A stretch of DNA of 58,079 bases, counting the filler, from Sphacelaria rigidula (lineage: Eukaryota): NCBI GenBank assembly GCA_964200075.2. It is 4 parts of 4 records of this genome, joined end to end, with 100 filler letters (N's around TTAATTAATTAA, not from the genome) between each part and the next. Parts side by side here need not be neighbours in the genome. Positions count along the whole stretch, not along the records: positions 14,546 to 28,990 come from CAXNAA020002237.1; positions 29,091 to 43,535 come from CAXNAA020002238.1; 2 more parts are not named here. One strand, given 5' to 3'. Position 1 is the stretch's first letter, and every line of letters begins with the position of its first letter. Below the pieces are notes generated by a model that ran no database searches, was not told the DNA's origin, and worked only from the letters and a program-made list of their open reading frames with translations. Positions 26,308-37,200 of the stretch are shown here, piece after piece. Made by a program: the position numbers and the translations under genes.

Positions 26308-26603
26308 CAACGTTTTCGTGAGATAGAGAGTAGAGCGCGGATTGAGAGTGGCGTTGATGATTCGCTTTAACTAAGCCGATTTTTCATTCCGTGTGTGCTC
26401 TCCGTTACCTCCATCACTGCCGTGTGCTTACACCTACACATCGATATCCTACTCAGGGATATCAAGGGCTTCGGTGGCAAGCTACTACAGAAAGAATATC
26501 GGGCCTCGTGGAGGGACATTTCGGAACTGAAACGATTCAGTCACTAACTGACCGCTTTTCACTTTCAATCGTATCCTCGACTCTCAATCTCGCGAAAACA
26601 TTG
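26308..26603. mobile_element. MITE with ~43-bp TIRs
   Basis: CAACGTTTTCGTGAGATAGAGAGTAGAG..GATTGAGAGTG / CACTTTCAATCG..CTCGACTCTCAATCTCGCGAAAACATTG; no convincing TSD. Confidence 0.75.
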
Positions 26604-27158
26604 TTGTTAGTGGGTGACCCTGCCCTTCCGGCCACATTTTTTTCCTTCACAGCCGATGGTGTCTTTTCATGACGGGTTGGACACGTTCACGTCATTTTGT
26701 GCATGCGAATTTTGGCTGAGGATACAAACCTTCCGTGTCGATGAGAACTGCACCCTCAATACTGTCTGCCCACATAGCGGAGGGGGAACATTGGCTCAAC
26801 CCAGTCCACATGTTAGGTTGAGCATGGGTAAATTCTACACGGCTATGCAATCTCGCGCTTCGCCCAAAAGGAGGCCACGAGACTGTCGCGGTCGGGGTGT
26901 CTTGGCGATGTGATCCACGAAACACGGTTGAACTTTCCAACAATATACGAAAATTGTCCGGGTCAAAATATGTGTGTGCTGATTCGCTTGGACGCCTTAC
27001 AGCAGTATAATGCCCAAAAGCCGACGAGAACCGCCGCATTCTTTTACGTATGTACGGAACCGGCTCCTCACAACGGAAGAGAAAAAAATCAACTCTAGCC
27101 GCAAATCCGCAGAACACTTACTCAAGAGACGACAACTTCTCGCGTGTCGTCTCTATTT

Positions 27159-27420
27159 CAAGGATCGGGCACATTAATAATTCGTCTGGAAATTCCTTGA
27201 TTTTAGTGCCATTGAGTCTTACCGGACGAATCAATCCTTAGGCTTTGTTTTCAGCGTTGCAACCCAGGTACGCGCAGCCCAGCAAGTGGAATGGCGCAAA
27301 AATTGGGTGGAGAACTCTTTGACCAGCGGTATTTTTTTGTTTTTCTCTTTCGAGCAATCAGGCGTGAAAAATCGTCGTGTATTTGGTGATTCGAACCGGA
27401 GATGATTCGTCCGGACCGTT
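27159..27420. mobile_element. MITE family copy 1 (others at 35280 and 43369)
   Basis: Shared core AATCAATCC(T/C)TAGGCT..TCAGCGTTGCAACC(C/T)AGGTAC; flanks CTCTATTT/CTATATTT match 7/8. Confidence 0.75.
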
Positions 27421-27657
27421 CTATATTTGCAGTACTCGTGGACCCGCAAGCAACGCGAAGGGAACATAACGCATAAGAAACAAACCCATCGCGTGCACCG
27501 CCGGCACATATCTTGAAGCGTTTCGCGACAACAGCGGGAGGAAGGCCGGCTTCAGACTGCTATTGTAGGACATATCTGCGAATATCCGCCGACACGGCAT
27601 CCAGCATGAAATCAAACAGAATTCAGCCCACCCACCACACACATCTTGGAAACACTG

Positions 27658-27810
27658 CGCACCCTGGACAACATACATGGTCAAAAATTGCAACAGACAA
27701 ATAGTATACTACGTAGAGTACAGGCCTGTTGTCGGCCCGACAATGATTGCAACAGTCCTATACTCTACGCAGTATGATTTTTGTCTGTTGCAATCAATGA
27801 CCATATGTAT
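27658..27810. repeat. Foldback or MITE-like inverted repeat with ~60-bp arms
   Basis: 27671-27731 is the imperfect reverse complement of 27750-27808; starts CGCACCCTGGACAA like the TIR at 10460. Confidence 0.8.
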
Positions 27811-27954
27811 CGTCATTGTTGAGGATGCCACACACTGTAAATCAACATCGATATTGCGACGGACAAGCAACCGAACACGGCGCCCGCACTTCACCCAATA
27901 CAAATAATCCAAGTTAAACGTCATGGTCAACAAATATCCAAGTAAACGTCATGA

Positions 27955-28335
27955 TCAACAGCAACCCGGGCAGTTGTGCAAAGAATCGTGGATGTACATG
28001 TCGCAATCCAGGCAGAACGTATCGCTACACTCCGGACACCGATACCTAGCCAACCTCGTCAAATCTCGTAAACACGCGGCACAAGAGGCTCTCGCCCCCG
28101 CCCCCGCCCCCGCGCCCGGGGCCGGAGAAAGCCTGCCGTGCGATGTTGCCCCTGCAGTTATCGGGCTGGAACTCCGCGACCTAGCACCGCCACTACCATT
28201 TGACGAGCCGTCCGTTGCAAGGGCTGCCTGCGATGGGTCGGCCGCCGCTGCTGCTGCTGCCGCAGCCGTAAATTCTTGAAAAGGTATCACGGGGAAAAGG
28301 TGATGGTACGAGCGCGCGAGGTGCGGCGACGAGAC
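27955..28335 (-). CDS. GTF2H2: Last exon of general transcription factor IIH subunit 2 (p44/Ssl1); upstream exons lie outside this contig
   Basis: VSSPHLARSYHHLFP signature and C-terminal C1-like Zn domain CAAC..YRCPECSDTFCLDCDMYIHDSLHNCPGC; pyrimidine tract plus CAG acceptor. Confidence 0.92.
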   Translation of the reverse strand, partial: VSSPHLARSYHHLFPVIPFQEFTAAAAAAAAADPSQAALATDGSSNGSGGARSRSSSPITAGATSHGRLSPAPGAGAGAGARASCAACLRDLTRLARYRCPECSDTFCLDCDMYIHDSLHNCPGCC

Positions 28336-28570
28336 CTGTTCAATGCGGGAGCACGAGCACGTGCATGGGGAGGGGGAGGCGGGGGCGGGAACGGGGGAGA
28401 GAAGGGAAGGAGAAGAAAAAAGTGTCTGGGTCGGCCGGAGGACGGGGGCGAGAGGGGAGATTTTGTTTCGATTTGTGAGCAACGAAGTGCTAGCGCGACG
28501 AGTGCAAGATTCAGACGTATCGGGCAAGCGCTCTCTCACCAGGGGAGAACATACACCACCCCGACGAACA

Positions 28571-28906
28571 TGGAGAGGGGGGGGGTGTACTCATGATCAT
28601 GCATGCCATAGTCATCAGACCATTGACCTCGAGAAGGGGAGGGGGTATTCATTTGTTGCTTGCCTTAGTCGTTTGACCATTGACCACGCATCCCTTCCAA
28701 GACGGAGCACCGAGAGGGGGGGGGTGTACTCATGATCATGCGTGCCGTAGTCATATGGCGATTGACCCCGCATCCCTACAGGGCCGGGACGGAGCACGCC
28801 GTTTTTTTGCCGGGCTAGGCTCGCACTCAACCACCAACCACCAAGCGCCGTGTGTGTTCGGCGAGTCGCATGAAGGGAAATTGGAGAGGGGGGGGGGGGG
28901 GGGGGG
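28571..28906 (-). mobile_element. Stack of three C-tailed LINE 3' ends (type A 28577-28630, type B 28636-28711, type A 28716-28878) in a GTF2H2 intron
   Basis: Each junction repeats GAGA(G)n; both outer flanks are TGGAGAGGGGGGGGG. Confidence 0.85.
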
Positions 28907-28990
28907 AACCCTCCGCTTTAAAACCCTGATAAAAATAAAAAGACAAGGGGCCGTAAAAAAAATGTATGTAAACGTATGTTTTAATTAAAC

Positions 28991-29090
28991 NNNNNNNNNN
29001 NNNNNNNNNNNNNNNNNNNNNNNNNNNNNNNNNNTTAATTAATTAANNNNNNNNNNNNNNNNNNNNNNNNNNNNNNNNNNNNNNNNNNNN
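28991..29090. other. Artificial contig spacer
   Basis: N44-TTAATTAATTAA-N44. Confidence 0.98.
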
Positions 29091-29270
29091 CCTGGAGTAG
29101 GAGGGGGGGGGGGGGGTATAAACCGTTTTCCAGTCTGTAAGGCCCCTTGCAGCAGTAGGGCATTGTAGCGTCTGGGACACAGGGCATTGCAGCCGTTGGC
29201 CTCTCGCCCGGCAAGCTACACGCTACAAGTTGTACAAGCTACCACCTTTCCCCCCACACTATCTACCGCC

Positions 29271-31275
29271 GGGTTGACAACGTACTGTTTATTTCTGGAC
29301 GTGCTAAAGGCCTATGACACAGTATGGAGAAATGGACTGTGGAAACACTTGTAGGAAACTGGGATCAGAGGAAAGATGTGGAAAATGGTGAAGAAGATGA
29401 CAGAATGTGCCAAAAGTGTCATGATGCTAGACGGGAAACTGTCGAAATATTTTTATATTTTACAAGCCTGTACGAACCCCGGTGGCTCAGTCGGTTACCT
29501 CGAACCTGACGGTTGGGTCGCGGGTTCAAATCTCGGAGCGACCTGGGATTTTTTCTCCACCATGCCCAACAGTGGAGAGCGACTATGTCATGGGTACTCA
29601 AAATTCGACTCAACGGTCGACGAGGGGAAGGGACTGCTAAACGCCTCTCGCGATCAAAAATAAAGGCGAGCACCGCAGAAGGAAGGTGGAGTACTAAAAA
29701 CAAGCAAGAAAGAAAAAAACTCCTGTGTTGACCTTCCTCCTGTGTGACCCCGGCTGATGCGCCCACCTATACCGAAAGGTGTAGGCCGGCGTCCAGAATA
29801 GATGGGACAACACACACAAGGAGTTGCACACGGATGCACGTCATCACCCCCTTTATTCAAGGTGTTCATCAATGACTTGATACTCGCAACAGAAGCAACA
29901 AGGCAAGGAGTCAAGGTGAGTGAAGATGTGATATCAAGTTTGATGTTCGCAGATGATTTTGTGGGGATTTCAGGAACAGCAGAAGGATTGCAAAAACAGA
30001 TAGCCAAAGCGCTAGAAAACACCAGGAAATGGAGAGTGACAGCGAATGTTGACAAATGCACGGTACTCGTCTGTAACGAAGATGAGAAAAATCCGGTAGA
30101 GTTCAAATGGAAGTGAGGAGAAGAGGAACTGCCGATCGTAGACCAGTATATATACCTCGGCGTAGAGATGTCAAAACAGTGTTTTGGGGATGAAGAAATA
30201 AAAAAGGGTAAGGCACAGATAGGCAGGATGGACGTGATCCTCAGAGATTCGCACCTAGACACAAGGATGAAGAGATGTATCCTGATGATCGTGATTGTAC
30301 CAAAGCTGGGATATGCAGGGGAAGTATGAGAGGGGAACGTGAAATCGGTGAAAAAGTTAGAAACAGTACAGGTTGCAGCAGCTAAGAAGATACTTATATG
30401 CTCGAAAACGACGAGTAATACAGCACGGGGAGCAGAGTTGGGAATGTACTCACTTGAATCAAACAGAGACATGCGGAAATTGATATGGCAATATAGCGTA
30501 AAGAACATGCAGAGAAAGAGGTTGCCAGCTATAGTTGATAGGGCTGTACGAAAGAAAATGATGAAAGGGCATGCTAAAAGGTGGGATAGAGAAGTCGAGA
30601 AAGTATGGAAGGAGATGAGAGGAAACGAAGACGAAATACCGTCCATAAGTGAAGGCGCAGGGTACAAGACAAACAAGGAGAAAATGAGCGCTTAGACCCA
30701 AGGTAGACGAGGAAGAACAACACCTGAAGATATACTGGGGGTTAAGAGAGGGGATCGGAATGAAAATATATCTGCATGGCCCCATGGACGCGGCGAAAAA
30801 ATTGGAACTGCGATTTCGGGTGGGGACCTGGACCTGCCAAAAAGAAGATATAGATATACCAGTAAAATGGTCGAAAGGAGGAGAAGGGAGATAGACAGAG
30901 CTGCCTCTGTGGCAAAGCAATAGATAGCAGAAGCCATACAGTTGCAAAATGTGAATTGTGCAGGGAGGAACGGGACGTGCCATTGAGGGGGAAATGCGGG
31001 ACGTGAACGAAGGTGGCATGAAATCGTTTAATGCATGAGACAGTAGCGAGAAAACGATGTTTATACTAGAAAATAGATGGTGGCCACAGACTGCGAAACA
31101 GGACGGGGATGAGATATGTAGAAGGTTTTTGTGGAATTTATGGAAAAAACGTAATGAGCGCCGGAATGTTGGAGGTCTCTATTAGGAGTAAGAACGGTGC
31201 TCCGTCTAGAGAGGGATGCATGGTCAAGTGTCAAACGACTAAGGCAAGCAACAAATGAGTACGCCCCCCCCCCCC
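29271..31275 (+). mobile_element. 5'-truncated degenerate LINE (RT domain to 3' end; RTEX-like clade is an inference) with a C tail
   Basis: FLDVLKAYDTVWRNGLW, ILQ|GVAHGCTSSPPLFKVFINDL, LMFADDFVG, with stops and frameshifts. Ends ACAAATGAGTACG(C)12. Flanks CCCCCCACACTATCTACCG / CCCCCCATCATCTACCG. Confidence 0.92.
29467..29815 (+). mobile_element. tRNA-derived SINE (family 1) inserted in the LINE RT coding region
   Basis: A box TGGCTCAGTCGG, B box GGTTCAAATCT, (CA)n tail. TSD ACAAG at 29462-29466 and 29816-29820; removing the insert restores ILQGVA. Confidence 0.88.
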
Positions 31276-31518
31276 ATCATCTACCGTCAGTCGACATTAA
31301 AAATATTGTCGAACTGCCGGTACCGGTTGTACGCTGTATAAGTGTACTAGTGACACACATTTTCAAAGACAACATGATAAATAGCATCATGTATGAAGAT
31401 GATAAAATGGAACATTTCACTGATTAGACCCGCAACAAAATAGTTTTCACTTTTCCCGTGGACTTTGACGACACTACTGCACTCCCCTTGACCGTATGCT
31501 CAACGTGCGTTCTAATAG

Positions 31519-32159
31519 GTGGAGAACTTCCACCGAAAAGTGGTGGAGCGCTTGGCTGCCGAACGGCGAATTGCAGATGCGACCTCAGGCCGTAGGAAAC
31601 CTCACCAGATTTATCCAACTTTCGAATCGGCGTTCGCATCACCTGAGCTGTCGGTTGACGTTGTAGAGCCGACGCTTTGGCAAACTTCCCCATCACAAAA
31701 TGAGGTGAGTGTCGACTTGTGGACAGATCTGATGCCATGTACGCGAAGGGACAGCGATGCTTCACACCCCAAGGCTGCTTCGTCAAAGCCGGTTTCACGA
31801 AGGAGCGCATGGGGTTCCCTTCACAGTTACTGCTTTTTTCGAGATGTGCAAGAAGACGAAAGCATACCACAACCCGGTGTGACAAGATTCCACATCACTG
31901 AGTTCCCCATAATAGAGACCACAATGCGCGAAGTCAAAACTGTTTCAGAGGGTTGTTATAAGCGACGTATGTACAAACGTACATCTGAGCTTTCAACCCA
32001 TGGCTTTCAAAATCGGATAGAAGAACTTGGGAAACTCGTTTTTTTTCTTTTGGGGTTTGCTTGATTTTACCTAGAAGCGTTTATTTCTTCCTGCAGTTCT
32101 ACTTGAAGGCTCCAGATGTCCATCGATACTTTCGAGTGCGATCACCCAGGGAAAGATAA
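31519..32159 (+). CDS. Last two exons of an unknown gene (31519-31704, 32097-32159)
   Basis: TAG|GTG..GAG|GTGAGT and TTTCTTCCTGCAG|TTC..TAA join in phase 0: VENFHRKVVERLAAERR...QNE/FYLKAPDVHRYFRVRSPRER*. Confidence 0.6.
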
Positions 32160-32443
32160 GCTGCGTATTTTCCCGCTCGTGTGGCGTATCGTTTGTGTGA
32201 CCTGCAGGCCCTCTACTACAAGCCTGTACAGATCAAGGGGCGACACGGAGATAGTAACAGCTTGTCAGTTGCAGACGTGGAGGCGAGAATGGCACTATCG
32301 GCCTACCGAAATATAGAGACGAGAGATGGATGAGGGAAAGCGAGTTCCCTGCTCCTCAGTAGGCTCATGTCTTATATTTCGACCCACACTCTTGTACTCT
32401 TGAATTTATAGATGAATTGTAATAGACGTTTTAGATATGTAAA

Positions 32444-32749
32444 CCGATGGCTCAGTTGGTAACCTCTAAACCCCCGACGTTTGGGTCGTGGGTTCAAACC
32501 TCGGAGTGATCTGGGATTTTTTCTCACACAATGCCCAACAGTGAAGAGTGACCACGTCGTGGACACACTTCGGCTCAGCAGTCGACAAGGAAAGGGACTG
32601 CTAAACCCCTCTCGCGATAAAAAATAAAGGAAAGCACCGCAGAAGGACGGTGGAGAACTAAAACAAAGATGATAAAATAAAAACCCGTGTTGGCCTTCCT
32701 CCTATGTGACGGCGGCTGGTGCGCCGACACAACAAAGGGGACAACACAC
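32444..32749 (+). mobile_element. tRNA-derived SINE family 1 copy (3' part internally shortened)
   Basis: Colinear with ~29477-29815; A and B boxes present. Confidence 0.85.
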
Positions 32750-34203
32750 GCCTCCATGAGCGTCACGGCGGTGCGCCACGCAAGTTGTTCGGTGTTCATC
32801 CCTCATGAGGAAGCTTCCAAGTACTGTGCACAGAAATTAACTGTAATCGGGGCAGTACATCCACTGCTCGGTCTGGGCAGGAGTATGACAAACGTTATAC
32901 CCCCAAGAGAAGGCAGTCATCATCACAAGAGAACCTTTCCACTGCATTGGACATCTTGAGCAGGGAAATCAGCTTCTCTCATCGGTAGTACTACTTGGGG
33001 AACTGCGGACCCGTGTTGGTGTCTGTTCAACATGTATGGCCCTTTGATGGGCACTACCGTCTCCTCTTTCGTCTCTATTTCCAGCAGTTCAGGCACGATT
33101 ATCATATTCGTGACGGCTACACGTGGATCCATGGAGTGCAGGTTCAACGAGATGGGCTGGCCGTGGGCTGGCCTGAAATCTCTCATGTCAAGAATTGGGA
33201 CGCCACCCGACCGCAGTGTGACCACGCATCGTACTTTCTGCAGGTTGCTGAGTAAATCTGCTACAAGCAGCCACGTAAAGGCTTTATTTGCTACACCACA
33301 AACTACTCAAATGACACATCTCAAAGCGCACGCGTCAGGCGTGGAACTGGCCCACGCATACCGTACACACGTACCGTGACATTGTTGTTGGCAAAAATGA
33401 ATTCTGAGCTACGGGCAACCATCCATCTCTTGTCCCTGCTGCCGCTACCATATTATTTTCACCTGTACAACAAAATATACCCTTCCATTTTTTTGCGTTT
33501 GCACTAGTCGGTGTTGAGATTTTGGTAGTATACGTTATATTTTCATATAACCACGGCTGGATCCCTGGGTGTTAGTTAGCCCTTCGACCGCAAGGATGGG
33601 TCACCCGTGGATTCGGCATCAATTTCACTTGAAAAATATATTGTGTGAACAATCAGTCAATTTGCAAAAAAGGTATGTGTAAAATGATTTATCGTCGCAC
33701 TTGAACGCTTGATTGTCGAGCTGGTCAGAAAGGGTGAAAGGGTAGACTCAAGGCTGATCATGTTGCGTAGTGTCGCAGGACTCGTTTCATCAACCCATCC
33801 TGAACATACACATCCGTCACGGCGCAATAAAGCGGTCAAGCTCGTCAATCTTCACAACACAAATCAATCCCCGTCGCCACGGCAAAGCGGGAAAACCCAG
33901 CCGCTCGGGTCGATCGCGGCTCTTCACTCAACACAAGCGACGCGACAACCGTTTATTAGAATACATTGAAGGCGTTTCCTTCCACGTTCTAGCCAAGTGC
34001 ATAACGAGTTTCGTGATTCACTCTATGCTAAGCATCCAGTACAACACAATACCAGGTACACGATGGATGCATCAACACCTTCGTGAACCGCACGCCCCTA
34101 CCCCGGCAAGTCAATCCACATTGCAAGTCAAAAACGGGGAGCCAGATGCACACGTATCCGCATAATCGGTTCACCGACTAGGAAAAGCCTCCTTTCGTCG
34201 AAA

Positions 34204-37200
34204 TTACCGTTGGAATTCCCCATCAAAACCGGTGAAGCCCGTCAATTGGAACATGGGAAAGAATGGCTTGGTGTTGAGGTGCGAACACCAATTCCATGCA
34301 GATGTCAGGCGACCGTCAATGCAACTGTTCAGTCAAAAGGCGACGGTGACAGACACGGGACGGGGAGAGAAAACGGGGGAAAAGGACACAGAATGATCGT
34401 GTTAACCCGACAAGTAACAACACAAGATCACAACACAAGGGGCGCTTCCACGGTTTGGAACGCCAGCGGGTTGCACGGGCATTGGTACTTGAGCAAGTAA
34501 ATCAACATACTCCAACTGAACAGTGAGTGGAGATGTAGAGAGGTAATGAGCCATGTACAACCACTTGAGGCAATTTGCCCTGTATGAAGGGCAACATAGC
34601 AGATTTCGTTCCGTGTGCCCGCACAGCGCATGCGCAGTAATGACATGGACCCCTACGTGGAGCACCCGCAACCTTCTGTTGCGAGGATCCGGTCCAAAAC
34701 AATCTCGCCAGTGTGTTGGGGTGACCATACCGGCTGGTCCCACGACGTACTTGGGCTAAAAAATGTCACCGGCGATTTTTCGCTCGGGCTCCGAGAATTG
34801 CGGCGTGAATTTTGGCGAGTGGTGCGGATTGACGATAGAAGACAAGACCTACTGATGGGGGAATTTTGCTTCCATTTGATATACTCAGGACTTGAGTCCA
34901 TGCAATCGAATTTCCGAAAAAATGTTCACCCTCATCTTAGAAAAAAGAAAAAAATGAAAATTCCTCTAGGCATGGTCTTCAAAAGGTAGACTCGCACCTC
35001 TTCTCAAAATTTCATGTCTCAACCCTCAAACTTCGAGCGAAAAATCCACGATTTGTGCGTGGATTCTCGGGGGCATTCGTCATTCGTACAGTACCTGGTG
35101 CTCTACATCAAAACGGAAAATGGCGCCCCAGCGCATGTTCGAGTGGAGGATGAAACGACTTTCAGCCCCGGATGAGGGAGCGGTGGGAGGATCGTAGATC
35201 ACCAGGCCAGGGTATGAATATTCTATTGGAGCGATACCTTGGGGGAATCATCATTCAACTGTATGAGAACCAAATGGTGCAAGGGTCGGACAAATAATGA
35301 TTCGTCTGAAAATTGCTTGGTTTTAGTATCGTGAGTCGACTCGTAACAAATCAATCCCTAGGCTATATTTCAGCGTTGCAACCTAGGTACACGCAGCCCC
35401 AACACGTGGAACGGCGCAAAAGTTGCGCGGATACCCCTTGGACCAGCGATCAACNNNNNNNNNNTTGGGCATTCAGGTCGAAGAGATCGTGAATTTGGTG
35501 ATTTCGAGTCATGATGATTTGTCCTAACCGTGAAATGGTGAAACACCCCCATCCGGGACTATGCGGGCATCTTTGGCGGTGAGATTCACCTTCACTCCAT
35601 CGCCGGTTGGGAGGCTATTTTTCACTTCCGGCATCGTTCGCGGTTCAATTTTTGCAACGTATCATTATCGTGATCAAAGACCGCCGTCCGTACGTTTTAG
35701 GCCAAGACGAGACGGTCGAAACCACCTCTCCGCAGTCACCGTATATACCTTCCCTCGGGAACGGCTGTGCTGCCGCACCATACACCTCCCGCCTCCGTTC
35801 AACTAGACTAATGTTTTCTCGACCTTATTTTGGAATGAAACGTATTACATTTTGGAGTCTCAATGCGTTTGGCAGGGTAGTGAACGCGGAAATCCGACAA
35901 GAGTGACCTACTTGATCGGGCATTGCCCCAAGGGTATCCCGCTCAAAGCAACCATGAAGGGCTGCGCAAATCCCACAGTAATACCGCATTCACACGTCAC
36001 CGACAAATGACACTACACTCACAACAAAACACAGTGGATATATTTTCTCGCGTACCCACTCGACAGAGTGATCAATTTCGAAAAAGAAAGACTCCGACAT
36101 CCTTTCTGCCGTGGCTGCCCAGTCGCTCGACACCTCCAAGTCTATCAAATATACACACCTGCCCGCATCGAAAAAGTTATCCGCCCCGCTGCCGTCGAAT
36201 GCCGAGCGGAAGAAGTCGAAGAGGATATCCTTCCTGAGCTTTTCCAGCCCCCCGTAACCCGTGTCAATGAGTGTCTTCAAGGAGGGGTCCTTTTCGTTGT
36301 TGTAGTGCTCTCCAAGCTGCTCTATGCACGACACAATGGGTCCAAGGATACGCGATACCTAGGGCAAACGGTGGCGAAGGTGGCAAAGGCTAAGTTGCAA
36401 ACATGATTACCCACAAAATGGGGGGTTAAAATAGCAGAAAAAAGCCCAGAGCGACTTCAAATAGCTGGCCACGTTCGACGCGTGACCCAATAGTGAAATA
36501 GTGGTGCAGGAAATCTTTTACACAAACCCTTTTGTCACATGACTGTTGCTTAGCTGTGGCCGGTGTTTTCAAAAGATGGGTACGGTATTGCCTAAGCGGT
36601 ACGAAAATGTACCTGGGTATACTTGTCGATGAACATCAGTGCATTGGGCACGTTGTGATCGCCAAGGTGGATTACGCTGCTTCCGACCCAGCTGTCCACC
36701 TCTCGCTGAGCATGGTACAATATCTCCTGCGACGGGTGGTCGGTGTGTGGTTCAAGTTGCCCGGAAACGACGAGATAGTCGGTGTAATGAGGTGCAATTG
36801 TGCTGCAACGAACATGAAAGGTGGGCGACAGCTGACGTGCCAAGCACGAGGTGCATACAGGCAGGCAGTCTAACATTGTTTCTGCCTTATGGTCACTGAC
36901 GAAATGGAATGTGGTACAATGCATATCTCAACGCCACATCAAGTGCATCTGGATATGGGGTTATTTGACGCTTGTCAAGCCGATGTTATTTGTGAACCGC
37001 ATATCTCACAACTCTTGAAAAACCTTCCGTGGTCGTCTGAGACCACAGACGAACAGAATTACTATATATATATTGAAACTTGTCCATATAACGACTCACC
37101 TGTATTCTGTGTGTAAACGGGCAATAATCGTGGGGTGAAAAATATGGGCAGGACGCACTATAATCTTCACCTATTCACGTGCGGTAGTATAACAGAGCAA

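Noticed and set aside
29477-29545. tRNA genes at SINE heads (also 16794, 32444, 53480)
   Set aside because: A and B boxes are present, but there is no acceptor stem or full cloverleaf and each continues into a SINE body.
29654-30676. 340-aa minus-strand ORF
   Set aside because: Antisense shadow of the purine-rich LINE RT region; no independent motifs.
28336-33300. Upstream GTF2H2 exons across the spacer (e.g. ILDMRDFRP near 33190)
   Set aside because: Different contig, no vWA-domain continuity, and plus-strand exons intervene.
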